Notes under the pieces: model-generated
What the model saw: only the letters and a program-made list of their open reading frames with translations
Databases searched by the model: none
What the model was told of the DNA's origin: nothing
Part shown: positions 22,987-33,975 of the stretch, in pieces
Layout: every line of letters starts with the position of its first letter
How positions within the stretch are numbered: the stretch's first letter is position 1
Source: an uncultured Sulfurovum sp.
Lineage (GTDB): Bacteria > Campylobacterota > Campylobacteria > Campylobacterales > Sulfurovaceae
Length of the DNA stretch: 64,000 bases
Reading direction: 5' to 3'
Assembly: GCA_964573285.1 (NCBI GenBank)
Contig: CAZNJD010000005.1
Location: 19,909-83,908 of the forward strand
Position numbers and translations under genes: made by a program

Positions 22987-23409
22987 TTATAGATTGCCAA
23001 TTTTAGTTTTTAAACTCTCTTTAAAAAGAGGTAATTGGGTAGAAAGAGACTTTTGTAGCTCTTTTTTATTATTATTGAGTTCATCAACAAAAGATTGATA
23101 TTTGGTATCAAGTTCTTTAATTTTACTCTCAATTTCAGTATCTGCTAAAGCTTTAGCTTCATTTACAGCTTCTTCTCTAACAGTATTTGCCTCTGCTTTA
23201 GCATTAGCTAAAATAGCATCAGCTTTAGCTCGTAGTTCATCGCTAGTTCCTGACATCTCTTTTGCATTTTTCAAATCATTAGCGATAGAGTTATCTCTAT
23301 CCTCCATAAACTTTAACAAAGGCTTATATAGTATTTGATTTAATAAATACAGAAGAGAAAAGAAAATAACTAGAACAAATAACATCAAACCAAGGTTCAG
23401 GTCAAGCAT
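22987..23409 (-). CDS. F0 subunit b'
   Basis: N-terminal TM, LYKPLLKFMEDR, coiled coil; first gene of the atp block. Confidence 0.9.
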   Translation of the reverse strand: MLDLNLGLMLFVLVIFFSLLYLLNQILYKPLLKFMEDRDNSIANDLKNAKEMSGTSDELRAKADAILANAKAEANTVREEAVNEAKALADTEIESKIKELDTKYQSFVDELNNNKKELQKSLSTQLPLFKESLKTKIGNL

Positions 23410-23552
23410 TAAAACTCCTCAAAAAATTTCGCGTATTATAACTTGTTTTTTTTAATATATCTATTAAAAAAAAACACTTTAATAGTTATAAAATATATAA
23501 TAGGAGATTAACTAATTCTTGTTACAATAAGTATCATTATAATAAGAAAAAA

Positions 23553-24404
23553 TTATTTTATCATAGAGAGGAAATTTTCTAGCTCTTTTTCACTTTTAAA
23601 TTTAATTTCTAACTTATCACTCTTCAATTTAAATGAAAAAGGAAGTTTTTGAGATATTATTTTTTTATGATTGATTACAAAATCAATATTTTTCTGGGAA
23701 CTATCCTTATTATTAGATTTGATTTTTCTATTTTTGGCAATCAATTCAGCCTCACGAACACTTAATTTTTGAGTTATGATTGTATCAACTAATGATTTTT
23801 GCTCCAAAGTATCAAATCCAACTAATATTTTGGCATGACCTTGAGATATATTTCCATCTGTTAACTTTTTTTGTACATAATCTGATAGAGCCAATAGTCG
23901 AAGGGTATTAGTAATTTGTGAACGACTCTTATTAACAATATTAGCCAAAGCATCATGTGTAATTTCATACACCTTTATCAACTCATCATAAGAGTGTGCC
24001 AACTCTATAGCATTTAAATCTTCTCTTTGAATATTTTCAATTAGTGCTAATTCATGAAGTTTAGCTTCATCAATATCAACATCAGCAATAATAGATTTGA
24101 TACTATCTAACCCTGCTAATAGATGTGCTCGAAGTCGCCTTTCACCAGCTACAAGTAGATAGTTATCACCTTTATCTATAACAACAATTGGTTGTAAAAG
24201 ACCATGCCGTTTAATAGATTCACTTAACTCAAATAGAGCCTCTTTATCGAAATTTTTTCTTGGTTGATATGGATTTGGAGTAATCATATCAATCGGAATA
24301 TTTTTTATCTCTCCTGAGGAATGGGTATCGAATGAACTCATTTGACTCTCATAAGCTCGTCCTACCTCATCTAGTATTACACTCAAACCTTTACCTAATG
24401 CCAT
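23553..24404 (-). CDS. parB: Chromosome partitioning protein ParB
   Basis: NPYQPRK, GLLQPI, AGERRLRA, ENIQREDL, HTH KSRSQITNTLRLL. Confidence 0.95.
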   Translation of the reverse strand: MALGKGLSVILDEVGRAYESQMSSFDTHSSGEIKNIPIDMITPNPYQPRKNFDKEALFELSESIKRHGLLQPIVVIDKGDNYLLVAGERRLRAHLLAGLDSIKSIIADVDIDEAKLHELALIENIQREDLNAIELAHSYDELIKVYEITHDALANIVNKSRSQITNTLRLLALSDYVQKKLTDGNISQGHAKILVGFDTLEQKSLVDTIITQKLSVREAELIAKNRKIKSNNKDSSQKNIDFVINHKKIISQKLPFSFKLKSDKLEIKFKSEKELENFLSMIK

Positions 24405-24407
24405 AGA

Positions 24408-25190
24408 CTATCCTTTTAGAATACTTTTTGCTAAATTAGTATAAGCAATTGCTCCTTTGGATTTTTTGGCATACTCTATTACAGGTTTACCAAAACTAGG
24501 AGACTCTGCTACCTTGACATTTCGAGGAACGATAATAAAATCATTTTTTTTATCCAAAAAAAGTTTATCTTTAAAATGATGTGATAAATCATCGAGAACC
24601 TGTTTTGATAAATTATTTTGACCTGAATACATTGTTGGGAGAAACCCTTTAATGGTAAGCTTAGGATTGATAGACTTCTTTAAAAGATTAATAGTATTAA
24701 GAAGCTGTGCTAAACCCTCTAGTGCAAAAAACTCACACTGTATTGGAATAATCACAGAATCAGCAGCTCCTAATGCATTAATCGTTATAGGTCCTAATGC
24801 AGGAGGTGAATCTATTAAAATATAATCATATTTACTATTTACTGGCTCTAATGCTTTTTTTAATAATAGTTCTCTATTCTTTTTTCTGGAGTTATAAAAC
24901 TCTTTTTCTACTCCTACTAAACCTATATTTGCAGGTACCATATCGAGGTTTTTTATTTTTGTTTTTAAAATAACCTCTGAAATCTTTTTAATACCTATAA
25001 GTACATGATATACATTATACTCATAATCATTCCTATTAAAACCTAAACTTGTTGTTGCATTTGTCTGTGGGTCAGCATCAATAATTAGTACTTTTTTACC
25101 TTTTTTAGCCAATGAAGCAGCAAGGTTAATTGTTGTTGTTGTTTTACCCACGCCACCCTTTTGGTTGGCTATTGTAATTATCTCACTCAT
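24408..25190 (-). CDS. parA: ParA/Soj ATPase
   Basis: NQKGGVGKTTT, DADPQ, IDSPP, QCEFFALEG. Confidence 0.95.
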   Translation of the reverse strand: MSEIITIANQKGGVGKTTTTINLAASLAKKGKKVLIIDADPQTNATTSLGFNRNDYEYNVYHVLIGIKKISEVILKTKIKNLDMVPANIGLVGVEKEFYNSRKKNRELLLKKALEPVNSKYDYILIDSPPALGPITINALGAADSVIIPIQCEFFALEGLAQLLNTINLLKKSINPKLTIKGFLPTMYSGQNNLSKQVLDDLSHHFKDKLFLDKKNDFIIVPRNVKVAESPSFGKPVIEYAKKSKGAIAYTNLAKSILKG

Positions 25191-25822
25191 CTTAAACTAT
25201 ATACTCTCTTATTATTTATAATTAATGAACCATCTTCAGATAAAACGGCGTTCTGGAGGCTTTTATATTCCCCTTGAATATGTGTAGAAACTTTTTTACT
25301 TCTCTCAAATTCTATCGCATATTTACTAAATACTCGCTTCCAATTTGGAGACTTTTCAAGCTCTTCAAGATACCTTTCTAGTAAAAAATCAGCTTGGATA
25401 TTGATATTTAGTGCTTTATAGCTATTTGAATTTTTTTTCAAATTTATACCCATTCCACACACTAAAATATTATCTATTTTTTTTGTTATTGTTCCACCAA
25501 TTTTATACTTAAAAGAATATAAATCGTTAGGCCATTTTAGCCAAACATCATTGGCAAACTCTCCTAATACCTCTTTCATAATAAAAGAAAAATATATAGA
25601 AGCTGAATTTAGTGGCAAATCTTCTGGTAAATCATCTAAATTTAGAGCAAAAGAGAAAAATAGATTTCCAACTCCTCCTTCCCATAAGTTATCTCTACTT
25701 CCTATACCATTAGTTTGTCTTTTTGCCATAATAGCAATTGGTGGAGATAACTTTTTATTAGCTATTTGTTCAACTAAATAGTTTTGTGTTGATTTCAATT
25801 CATCAAAGTAAAGAATTTCCAA
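25187..25822 (-). CDS. birA: Biotin--protein ligase (no HTH)
   Basis: STQ, QTNGIGSRDN, LKWPNDL, KIGG. Confidence 0.92.
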   Translation of the reverse strand: MEILYFDELKSTQNYLVEQIANKKLSPPIAIMAKRQTNGIGSRDNLWEGGVGNLFFSFALNLDDLPEDLPLNSASIYFSFIMKEVLGEFANDVWLKWPNDLYSFKYKIGGTITKKIDNILVCGMGINLKKNSNSYKALNINIQADFLLERYLEELEKSPNWKRVFSKYAIEFERSKKVSTHIQGEYKSLQNAVLSEDGSLIINNKRVYSLR

Positions 25823-26714
25823 CTCTAAGCCCTCTTCCTACACAGTATGATTTGGCATCCATCACTTTTTTGGATATAGGTTGTAGTTGTTTTATTCTGA
25901 CTATACCTATGGTACAAGATATAATTATACTACTCTTTTCTATTTCTATAATCTCTCCTGCTTTTCCAATGTGTGTTCTATCAATTAACTCAACACCTAA
26001 AATTTTAGTACCATTAGATGCAAAAATACCAGGCCATCCTAAAAATGCACGATATTTATTATATAACTCTATAGCACTATTAAAAGATACTTCACCATCA
26101 GATTTTTTGATTTTTTTGCAATGAGTTGCAACTGCCCTAATCTGCTCTATAGGATTAATATCATCAAATTTTTCTATTATCTGGGTTGTTAATATACAAG
26201 CATCATCACTTAATCTTTGCATTAGTTCAGGTAGAACCATAGTTTGTGGAATTTTAAAATAGCGATATCCCAAAATAGGACCACTATCTAACCCCTCTTC
26301 CATAAGCATTGCAGTCACACCTGTAAATTTATCACCATTTAGCAAAGATTGTTGTACAGGACTAGCTCCTCTATATTGAGGTAAAAGTGAAGCATGGAGA
26401 TTAATACATGGAGCGATAGAGAGCATATTTTTTGGTAAAATCTGACCAAAAGCAGCAACAACAATAAAATCAGGCTTTGCCTCTACTATTGCTTCATAAA
26501 TACCATTATCAGTAAGTTTTTGAGGTTGTAAAATTTTTAAATTATATTCAATTGCCATTAGTTTAACTTCAGGAGCTTTTAGCTCCTTTTTCCGTCCTAC
26601 AGGTCTATCAGGCTGTGTTAATACCAATGGTATCTCTATATTATCACTGTTAATCAATGTTCCTAATATCTCCTTGGCATAATGGGGTGTTCCCATATAA
26701 ACTACTCTTTTCAA
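25803..26714 (-). CDS. fmt: Methionyl-tRNA formyltransferase
   Basis: YMGTP, TQPDRPVGR, INLHASLLPQYRGASP. Confidence 0.96.
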   Translation of the reverse strand: MKRVVYMGTPHYAKEILGTLINSDNIEIPLVLTQPDRPVGRKKELKAPEVKLMAIEYNLKILQPQKLTDNGIYEAIVEAKPDFIVVAAFGQILPKNMLSIAPCINLHASLLPQYRGASPVQQSLLNGDKFTGVTAMLMEEGLDSGPILGYRYFKIPQTMVLPELMQRLSDDACILTTQIIEKFDDINPIEQIRAVATHCKKIKKSDGEVSFNSAIELYNKYRAFLGWPGIFASNGTKILGVELIDRTHIGKAGEIIEIEKSSIIISCTIGIVRIKQLQPISKKVMDAKSYCVGRGLRVGNSLL

Positions 26715-26872
26715 TAGCCACTCCTTTAATTTTTAATCGCATTATAGCAAAAGATTAAAAAAATAGAATATTTATAGCAATTTAAGAAGTTAATTATAAT
26801 AAACAATTTATAATGGATATATATTAATATAGACTTATATATTAATATTAAATAATATTAAAAGGAATAGAG

Positions 26873-28666
26873 ATGAAAAGAAGAAACTTTTTACAAGGAT
26901 TATGTACGATACCTATTATTGGATTAATACCTACAATAGGATTTGCACAAGAAGATTATAGTATAATAGCACCACAAACGAGTGGATTAGATAGAGTTAT
27001 AACTATTATAGAAGAGGATGAACGACTAAATAAGAGAGTCACTCCAGAGGATATACAAGATGCTATAAACTCTGCAAAGAGGATGAATGAGATTATATTA
27101 GAAGCTATTATAAATACAGGTGTAGCTAATGATAAGAAAATCTCAATAGCTGACACACGAGAGTTAAATGATTATATATTTCATAACTATCATGATGAGT
27201 GGATAGTTCTACATGGAGATGATGAAGAGGATAGTGAAACAGGTTTTCACAAAGTCGTTAATGATGGAGCTAGAACCAAACTATATGGCAGGAATGCCAT
27301 AAACAAGATTTTTGATAACATTTACCATTTAGGATTTGAGACTCATCTAAAAAATCGTTTACTAAATGAAGATGGTGATAAAAATGCTAGTTATAAAAAA
27401 GTAGCAATATGGTTAGATAGCCTACTTCGTGATGATTTAGAAGCAGGAAATTTAGCAAATCCAAATATCAAAGAGGTTGTAGGAGAGACAGGAACAGGGC
27501 TTGACCAAACAATTAGTATAATTTACAATGATAAAGGATTACAAAAAAGAGTATCAATAGGAGATATGAGAATAGGTGCTAATAGTGCAAATGAGATGAA
27601 TAAACTCATTATCGAGAGTATAGAGGCTACAGGTGCAGGTGCTAGTGGTAGTTTTAGTATCCAAAATGTAAAAGATATGAATACCTTTTTGGTTAATAAC
27701 TATGCCTCTAATTGGACTTTGCTTCATGGAGATGATGAAGATAATGAAGAGACAGGATACCACAAAGTGCAAAGTGATGGAGCAAAAACAAAAATTTTTG
27801 GTAAAAATGCTATAAATAGAGTATTTGATGGAATATACCATTTAGGATTTGAGACAACTTATAAAAACAGATTAGTTAATGAAGATGGAGATAAAAATGT
27901 TTCATTTAAAAATGTAGCTCAGTGGCTCACAGGACTTATGGCAGATGATTTAGATAATCAAAAAGAGGATTTGAAAATCCTAATTCCTTTATATAGTTAT
28001 CCGAATAAAGATATATGGCAGAAGTTAATAGATATAAAAAATGCTCATCCAAATGCTGAAATTATTGCTATTGTCAATCCAAATAATGGACATTTTAGAG
28101 AAAAAGATGATAACTATTCAAATGAAATTCAAAAACTAATAGATGCCAAAATAAAAGTAATAGGATATGTATATACTCAATATGCTAATAGAGATAGTGA
28201 TGATGTAGTTGATGATATAGAAGCATGGAGTAATATATATAAAGCTGATGGAGTAAGTGGTATATTCTTTGATGAGACATCAAATAAAAGTAGTGATTTA
28301 ACATATTATACTAATCTAAGCAACGAAGCCAAAATAAGAGGATTGAATTTTGTAATATTAAATCCAGGAATTACAACTGACCAAGCATATATAGATGCAG
28401 ATATTGCAAATATAGTAACAAGTTATGAAAATTCAAATAGAAAGCTTTTGGAAAATCCACCATCTACATACAATACCCCAACTCAAAATACAAAGCTTTC
28501 AATTCTAATTTATAAAATGGAAGATGATACTGTAGATGACCTAATAGCATTTGCAAGAGAGCATAAATTCTCATATATATATTTTACTGAAGATGGATTT
28601 GATGGTAATCCATGGGATAGTATTTCTGATTATTTAGAGGATGAAGTCATTAAAATGATGGTATAA
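26873..28666 (+). CDS. Tat-exported protein: two copies of an uncharacterised His/Asp/Glu-rich domain plus a C-terminal spherulin-4 (GH135-like) domain
   Basis: MKRRNFL twin-arginine signal; repeats at about 26978-27430 and 27488-27940; C-terminal LIPLYSYP, IVNPNNG, KVIGYVYT, GIFFDE, VILNPG, VTSYE. Confidence 0.75.
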   Translation: MKRRNFLQGLCTIPIIGLIPTIGFAQEDYSIIAPQTSGLDRVITIIEEDERLNKRVTPEDIQDAINSAKRMNEIILEAIINTGVANDKKISIADTRELNDYIFHNYHDEWIVLHGDDEEDSETGFHKVVNDGARTKLYGRNAINKIFDNIYHLGFETHLKNRLLNEDGDKNASYKKVAIWLDSLLRDDLEAGNLANPNIKEVVGETGTGLDQTISIIYNDKGLQKRVSIGDMRIGANSANEMNKLIIESIEATGAGASGSFSIQNVKDMNTFLVNNYASNWTLLHGDDEDNEETGYHKVQSDGAKTKIFGKNAINRVFDGIYHLGFETTYKNRLVNEDGDKNVSFKNVAQWLTGLMADDLDNQKEDLKILIPLYSYPNKDIWQKLIDIKNAHPNAEIIAIVNPNNGHFREKDDNYSNEIQKLIDAKIKVIGYVYTQYANRDSDDVVDDIEAWSNIYKADGVSGIFFDETSNKSSDLTYYTNLSNEAKIRGLNFVILNPGITTDQAYIDADIANIVTSYENSNRKLLENPPSTYNTPTQNTKLSILIYKMEDDTVDDLIAFAREHKFSYIYFTEDGFDGNPWDSISDYLEDEVIKMMV

Positions 28667-28674
28667 ATTCAAAA

Positions 28675-28701
28675 AAACCTCTATAAAAACTATAGAGGTT
28701 T
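28675..28701. terminator. Bidirectional terminator between convergent genes
   Basis: Stem AAACCTCTATA / TATAGAGGTTT with flanking A and T runs. Confidence 0.65.
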
Positions 28702-28704
28702 ATA

Positions 28705-29472
28705 TTAATTCAAAAAAAGAGTACCACCCTTTTGGATACCATTAATTAAAAAGCTTCTAGTATCATCAAGTCCAAATCCTGTAGCCAAAAACATTTTTTT
28801 ATTTCGTTTAAGTAAAAAGTGAGCTGATTTGAGCTTAGTAACAATACCACCTGTAGCAAATTCACCATGTGGTGTAACTTCTGCACACATCTCTTCTTCT
28901 GTTATAGTTGATACAATCTGTAACGCTCTAGCATCACTATATTCTCGTGGATTTTTATTATAATAAGCATCTATGTCAGAGAGTATTACCAAAAGTTCTG
29001 CATCAAAATTATATGTGACATATGCTGAGAGTTGGTCATTATCTCCAAAAACTAACTCTTCTGTTGCTATTACATCATTCTCATTTATAATTGGTACAAC
29101 AGCTCTACTTAGTAGTCCATCTATAGCTATTTGTGCTAAATGAGTTCGTTTTTTGGAATCCAAATCGGCAGAACTTAATAAAATTTGAGAACATAGTATA
29201 TTATATTTGGCGAACTTCTCTTGATACATTTTTAGTAATAGTGGTTGACCAATTGCAGCTAATATCTGTTTATTACCTACATCTTTTCTATCTAATGGTA
29301 AAACCGTATAACCAGCAGAGACTGCACCAGAACTTACCAATATAACCTCTGTGCCTTTTTGCATCACTTGTGCAATTAGTTCAACTAAATCTCGCATTCT
29401 TTCTTTGGCAACTGACCCATCTTCTGTTAAAACATGAGAACCTACTTTGATAACAATACGATTAAATCTCAT
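28705..29472 (-). CDS. proB: Glutamate 5-kinase (no PUA domain)
   Basis: [36 protein letters not shown]. Confidence 0.95.
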   Translation of the reverse strand: MRFNRIVIKVGSHVLTEDGSVAKERMRDLVELIAQVMQKGTEVILVSSGAVSAGYTVLPLDRKDVGNKQILAAIGQPLLLKMYQEKFAKYNILCSQILLSSADLDSKKRTHLAQIAIDGLLSRAVVPIINENDVIATEELVFGDNDQLSAYVTYNFDAELLVILSDIDAYYNKNPREYSDARALQIVSTITEEEMCAEVTPHGEFATGGIVTKLKSAHFLLKRNKKMFLATGFGLDDTRSFLINGIQKGGTLFLN

Positions 29473-30590
29473 TATTTGTCTTTTTCCTCTTGTTCTTCTA
29501 CTGATTTTACAAAACCTTTGAGTGTATAACGCAACGCTTCTGTATTGAGATGAGAAACTGATGATATTGGTAAAACAAAGAGAGGTTCATTTTCAGGTAA
29601 ATCTACTCCAAAATCTTCCTCAAAACCATAAGAGATATAATCCATATTTGCTTTGTATTTTTTGAGTATTTTATTACTACTAAGTCCTATATCAGATAGA
29701 AATTGCTTTATCAACTCATTAGCCTCTTGGCAATTCAAAGTGTCACACTTTGTAATAGCTACACCAAATCTTCTAGTTGCTAACTCAGCTGAATATCGTT
29801 GCAACTCAACCAAAAGTGTTTCATACTGATACTTCATCTCACGATAGTTTGCAATGTCAACCAAAATCAAAAGTGTTTTGGTTCTCTCAATATGTTTTAG
29901 AAACTCTAATCCAAGTCCTCTACCATCACTAGCACCCTCAATAATTCCTGGTATATCAGCCATCATAAATGAGTCATACTCACCTACATTAACCACACCT
30001 AAATTAGGAATTAAAGTTGTGAACTCATAACTAGCTACCTTTGGTTTAGCATTTGAGATAGCAGAAATTAGAGTTGATTTTCCTACACTAGGATAACCTA
30101 CTAAACCAACATCAGCTATAAGTTTCATTTCTAGTCTAAGCTCTTTGGTAATTCCAGGTAATCCAGGTTGTGCATAAGTTGGTCTTTGATTAGTTGAACT
30201 TTTGAAGTGCATATTACCAAGTCCACCTTTTCCACCCTCTAAAAAGAGAATATTTTCACCCTCTTCAACTAAATCAAAAAGTACTTCATCTGTTAGGGCA
30301 TCAATAATCTGAGTACCAGGAGGAACAATTATCTCTACACTTTTACCTTTTCTACCATATCTTTTTCGTCCTTCACCTGGACGACCATTTTCTGCTTTGA
30401 TATGATTTCGACCACGCAGGGCTGACAAAGTATCGGTATTATTATCTACTGTGAAATAGATATTACCACCTTTTCCACCATCTCCACCATCTGGCCCACC
30501 TTTGATAACAAACTTTTCTGTCCAAAATGAGACACATCCTGCCCCACCTTTTCCAGAACTGACCATCAAATCTACACTATCTACAAACAT
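29472..30590 (-). CDS. obgE: GTPase ObgE/CgtA
   Basis: [38 protein letters not shown]. Confidence 0.96.
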   Translation of the reverse strand: MFVDSVDLMVSSGKGGAGCVSFWTEKFVIKGGPDGGDGGKGGNIYFTVDNNTDTLSALRGRNHIKAENGRPGEGRKRYGRKGKSVEIIVPPGTQIIDALTDEVLFDLVEEGENILFLEGGKGGLGNMHFKSSTNQRPTYAQPGLPGITKELRLEMKLIADVGLVGYPSVGKSTLISAISNAKPKVASYEFTTLIPNLGVVNVGEYDSFMMADIPGIIEGASDGRGLGLEFLKHIERTKTLLILVDIANYREMKYQYETLLVELQRYSAELATRRFGVAITKCDTLNCQEANELIKQFLSDIGLSSNKILKKYKANMDYISYGFEEDFGVDLPENEPLFVLPISSVSHLNTEALRYTLKGFVKSVEEQEEKDK

Positions 30591-30727
30591 CTGTTTCCTT
30601 TAATTATAAACACTTCTATATATAATATTATTCTATATAGAACTAATCATTGTTAAATATTTTTAAAATTATATCTAAAAAGATAAAAAGGGAGATAGGG
30701 GGATAACCTTTATGATTATCCTATAAA

Positions 30728-30982
30728 TTATGCAGGGATTACAGAAACTCTTTTTTTGCTTCTATTTATATTGTCAAATTTAACAACACCTTCAATTTTA
30801 GCAAAGATAGTATGGTCTTTACCCATTCCTACACCTGTTCCTGCATGAACTTTTGTTCCTCTTTGTCTAATAATGATATTACCAGGGATTACTGCTTCCC
30901 CACCATATTTTTTTACACCTAATCTTCGTCCAGCCGAATCACGGTTATTTTGGGTTGACCCTTGACCTTTTTTATGTGCCAT
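30728..30982 (-). CDS. rpmA: 50S ribosomal protein L27
   Basis: [24 protein letters not shown]. Confidence 0.98.
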   Translation of the reverse strand: MAHKKGQGSTQNNRDSAGRRLGVKKYGGEAVIPGNIIIRQRGTKVHAGTGVGMGKDHTIFAKIEGVVKFDNINRSKKRVSVIPA

Positions 30983-30993
30983 ATAATATCTCC

Positions 30994-31299
30994 TTACGCT
31001 ATACTTGTAATTCTAACTCTAGTAAAGTCTCTTCTGAAACCTCTTTTTAGTTTAGAATCTTTTCTTCTTCTTTTCTTATAGATGATAACTTTTTTGTCTC
31101 GACCTCCGTTCATCACCTCACCTTTAACTACAGCACCCTCTACAAAAGGAGTACCTATAGTTAATTCACCACTGTCCAAAGCTAAAACTTCTTTGAACTC
31201 TACAGCTGTTTTTGGTTCTAAACTCATTTTGTCAAAACAGATTATATCACCCTCTTGAACTTTGAACTGTTGACCACTTGCTTTAATGATTGCGTACAT
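30994..31299 (-). CDS. rplU: 50S ribosomal protein L21
   Basis: [21 protein letters not shown]. Confidence 0.97.
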   Translation of the reverse strand: MYAIIKASGQQFKVQEGDIICFDKMSLEPKTAVEFKEVLALDSGELTIGTPFVEGAVVKGEVMNGGRDKKVIIYKKRRRKDSKLKRGFRRDFTRVRITSIA

Positions 31300-31441
31300 T
31301 GCAAACCCTTCAATAATTATTATTAGACCAATAGAACATTGGTATCTTTAAAAAGTTTGAGATTATACCCAAAAGAGTTTTAATTTTGTTTTAAAGGGGT
31401 TCAAAAAGTAGATTTGTATAGAAGTCATTGAGTAATGGTAA

Positions 31442-32287
31442 TCAATAACTTTTATATAAAGAATATATAGATATTAAGATACCTAATGGTAATGAAAATA
31501 TAAATAGTTCTCCAAATTTAGAAAAATCAGTAATTAAGAAGTATGGCCATCCTACCTCTACAAAGCTAGAAGTAGCATTATCTACAACACCTAAAGCTTC
31601 ACTAATTATAGTTAAAAGAAGAACAGAAAAGTATAATACAAATATAAATGTTAAAAAAGATGCTACTATTCTCTTAATTTTATTATTATCTTCCTTTTCT
31701 ACTATAGGTTTTTGCTGTTGATAATTTTGAACCACAATTGAGCGTTGAGATATACTCTTTTCTCTATGAATAGACTCTTTTCTCTCATTATAAGAGACAG
31801 TTGGGTCAACTTCTATATATAGTATCTCTATTTTACCATCTCTATTAGTTCTTACTTTCCATTGTGGATATATATCATTTTCTCGAATTAAATCATATAA
31901 TTTTTGAAGTGTTCCGTCGATTATTATATCATCTGTCAAGAATTCTAAATTAATATCATCTATAAAAGTAACTATTCCACTTTTGATGGGTGTATATCTC
32001 GTATTTATAATTTTATCTTCTCTCTCATCCCACCATGATAATAGACCATCTATATCTAATCTTAATATTTCAATATTAAGTGCTTCGCCACGGTTAGCAG
32101 ATTCTAATAGATTTTTTTGAAAACCATTAATCTCTTTCTGAATTCTTTCTGTAAATATCTCTTTAGATTTCGCTTTTGCTATGTTCATCTCTTTCTCTTC
32201 AGCTATATAATCAGTTATCTCATTTAACTCTTTTTCATTCTGTCTAATTTGTAATAACTCTTGAGCTTTTAATCTTAAATCTCCCAT
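31442..32287 (-). CDS. Hypothetical protein: N-terminal coiled coil, soluble domain, two C-terminal TM helices; probable start ATG 32287
   Basis: Long ORF; GGAGGT RBS before MGDLRL; hydrophobic C-terminal segments. Confidence 0.7.
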   Translation of the reverse strand: MGDLRLKAQELLQIRQNEKELNEITDYIAEEKEMNIAKAKSKEIFTERIQKEINGFQKNLLESANRGEALNIEILRLDIDGLLSWWDEREDKIINTRYTPIKSGIVTFIDDINLEFLTDDIIIDGTLQKLYDLIRENDIYPQWKVRTNRDGKIEILYIEVDPTVSYNERKESIHREKSISQRSIVVQNYQQQKPIVEKEDNNKIKRIVASFLTFIFVLYFSVLLLTIISEALGVVDNATSSFVEVGWPYFLITDFSKFGELFIFSLPLGILISIYSLYKSY

Positions 32288-32617
32288 AAGACCTACCTCC
32301 AAATAGTATAATTTACTACACATTATAGTCAATATCGCCTATAATCACAAAGAATTAGAGCCAAAAAGGTTTAATTTTTATGGATTTTATCAAATAATTT
32401 TAAAAACTAAATATTTTAAAACTAAAATTGTGACTATTCTCTTTAGTTAAATATTATTATATTATAATTAAGGTTATAATAATATTATTTGTGTTTCTTT
32501 ATTTTTTTTTATTTTTAAAGTATAATAAAAACAATAATTTAAAAAAGCACTATAGTCACATAGAAAATAAACCTCTTCTAAGGTATAATTGCAGAATTTA
32601 TTATATAAGGATGCATT

Positions 32618-33955
32618 ATGAGTTGGACACCAAGTTCATGGAGAACATTTCCAATCAAACAACAACCGACATATCCAGACCAAAAGAGATTAGAAAAAGT
32701 AGAATTAAAACTAAATTCATATCCACCACTAATTTTTGCAGGAGAAGCAAGAACACTCAAAGAAAATCTAGCCAAAGTAGGTAGAGGTGAGGCATTTTTA
32801 CTTCAAGGTGGAGATTGTGCTGAAAGTTTTAATGACTTTAACGCTTCTACTATTAAAAATCTATTTAAATTAATGCTTCAAATGAATATGGTACTTATGT
32901 ATTCTACAGGAAAACCTGTTATCAAAGTAGGAAGAGTCGCAGGGCAATTTGCCAAACCTAGAAGTTCTGATTTTGAAGAGATAGATGGTGTTAGACTACC
33001 TTCTTATCGTGGTGATATTATTAATGGTATCAAATTTACAGAAGAGGCTAGAATACCAAATCCTGAAAATATGTTACAAGCTTATAATCAAGGTGCAGCT
33101 ACTATGAATATTCTTAGAGCTTTCTCTCGTGGAGGGTTAGCTGATTTAAATATGGTACATCAATGGAACTTAGATTTTATCAAAGATAATCCATTAGGAC
33201 AGAGATATGATGAACTAAGTCAAAAGATAGATAAAGCTATGAAATTTATGGGTGCATGTGGATTAACTAGCAAAAATACACCTCAACTACATCAGACAAC
33301 TATATTTACCTCACATGAAGCCTTACTTCTAAACTATGAAGAGGCATTAACAAGAAGTGATGATACAGAAAAATGGTATGATTGTTCTGCTCATATGCTT
33401 TGGATTGGAGATAGAACTAGAGATTTAACTGATGCACATATTGAGTATTTTAGAGGTATCCAAAATCCAATTGGTTGTAAAGTAGGGCCTAGTATGCAAG
33501 AAGATGAGCTAATCCAACTAATTGATATACTCAATCCTAATAATGAAGAGGGACGATTAAATCTGATTGTAAGAATGGGTGCAGATAAAATCAAAGAGTA
33601 TTTCCCAAAACTTCTAAAAAGAGTTAAAGATGAAGGCAAACATGTAGTCTGGTCATGTGACCCAATGCATGGGAATATAGAAAAGAGTAAAACAGGATTT
33701 AAAACAAGGAATTTTGCCAATATTCTTAAAGAGGTAGAGCAGTTTTTTGAAATACATAACGAGATGGGAACTGTAGCAGGTGGAATTCATCTTGAGATGA
33801 CTGGAAATAATGTAACAGAGTGTACAGGTAGTCAATCATGTTCAATTACAGATGAAGATTTGAAAAGCCGATACCATACACAGTGTGACCCTAGACTAAA
33901 TGCAAATCAAGCATTGGAACTTGCATTTATGATAGGTGAGAGAATTAAAGATTAA
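32618..33955 (+). CDS. Class II DAHP synthase
   Basis: [53 protein letters not shown]. Confidence 0.96.
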   Translation: MSWTPSSWRTFPIKQQPTYPDQKRLEKVELKLNSYPPLIFAGEARTLKENLAKVGRGEAFLLQGGDCAESFNDFNASTIKNLFKLMLQMNMVLMYSTGKPVIKVGRVAGQFAKPRSSDFEEIDGVRLPSYRGDIINGIKFTEEARIPNPENMLQAYNQGAATMNILRAFSRGGLADLNMVHQWNLDFIKDNPLGQRYDELSQKIDKAMKFMGACGLTSKNTPQLHQTTIFTSHEALLLNYEEALTRSDDTEKWYDCSAHMLWIGDRTRDLTDAHIEYFRGIQNPIGCKVGPSMQEDELIQLIDILNPNNEEGRLNLIVRMGADKIKEYFPKLLKRVKDEGKHVVWSCDPMHGNIEKSKTGFKTRNFANILKEVEQFFEIHNEMGTVAGGIHLEMTGNNVTECTGSQSCSITDEDLKSRYHTQCDPRLNANQALELAFMIGERIKD

Positions 33956-33975
33956 TTTAACAAGGATAAATTATT

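Noticed and set aside
23410..25190. parS site or replication origin near parAB
   Set aside because: No TGTTTCACGTGAAACA-like palindrome or DnaA-box cluster was seen
26818..26848. Direct repeat TATATATTAATAT twice, 18 bp apart, upstream of the Tat gene
   Set aside because: Pure A/T sequence in a very AT-rich gap; cannot be told from chance
32491..32784. 97-aa ORF overlapping the start of the DAHP synthase
   Set aside because: Runs through an AT-rich promoter region and out of frame into a conserved gene
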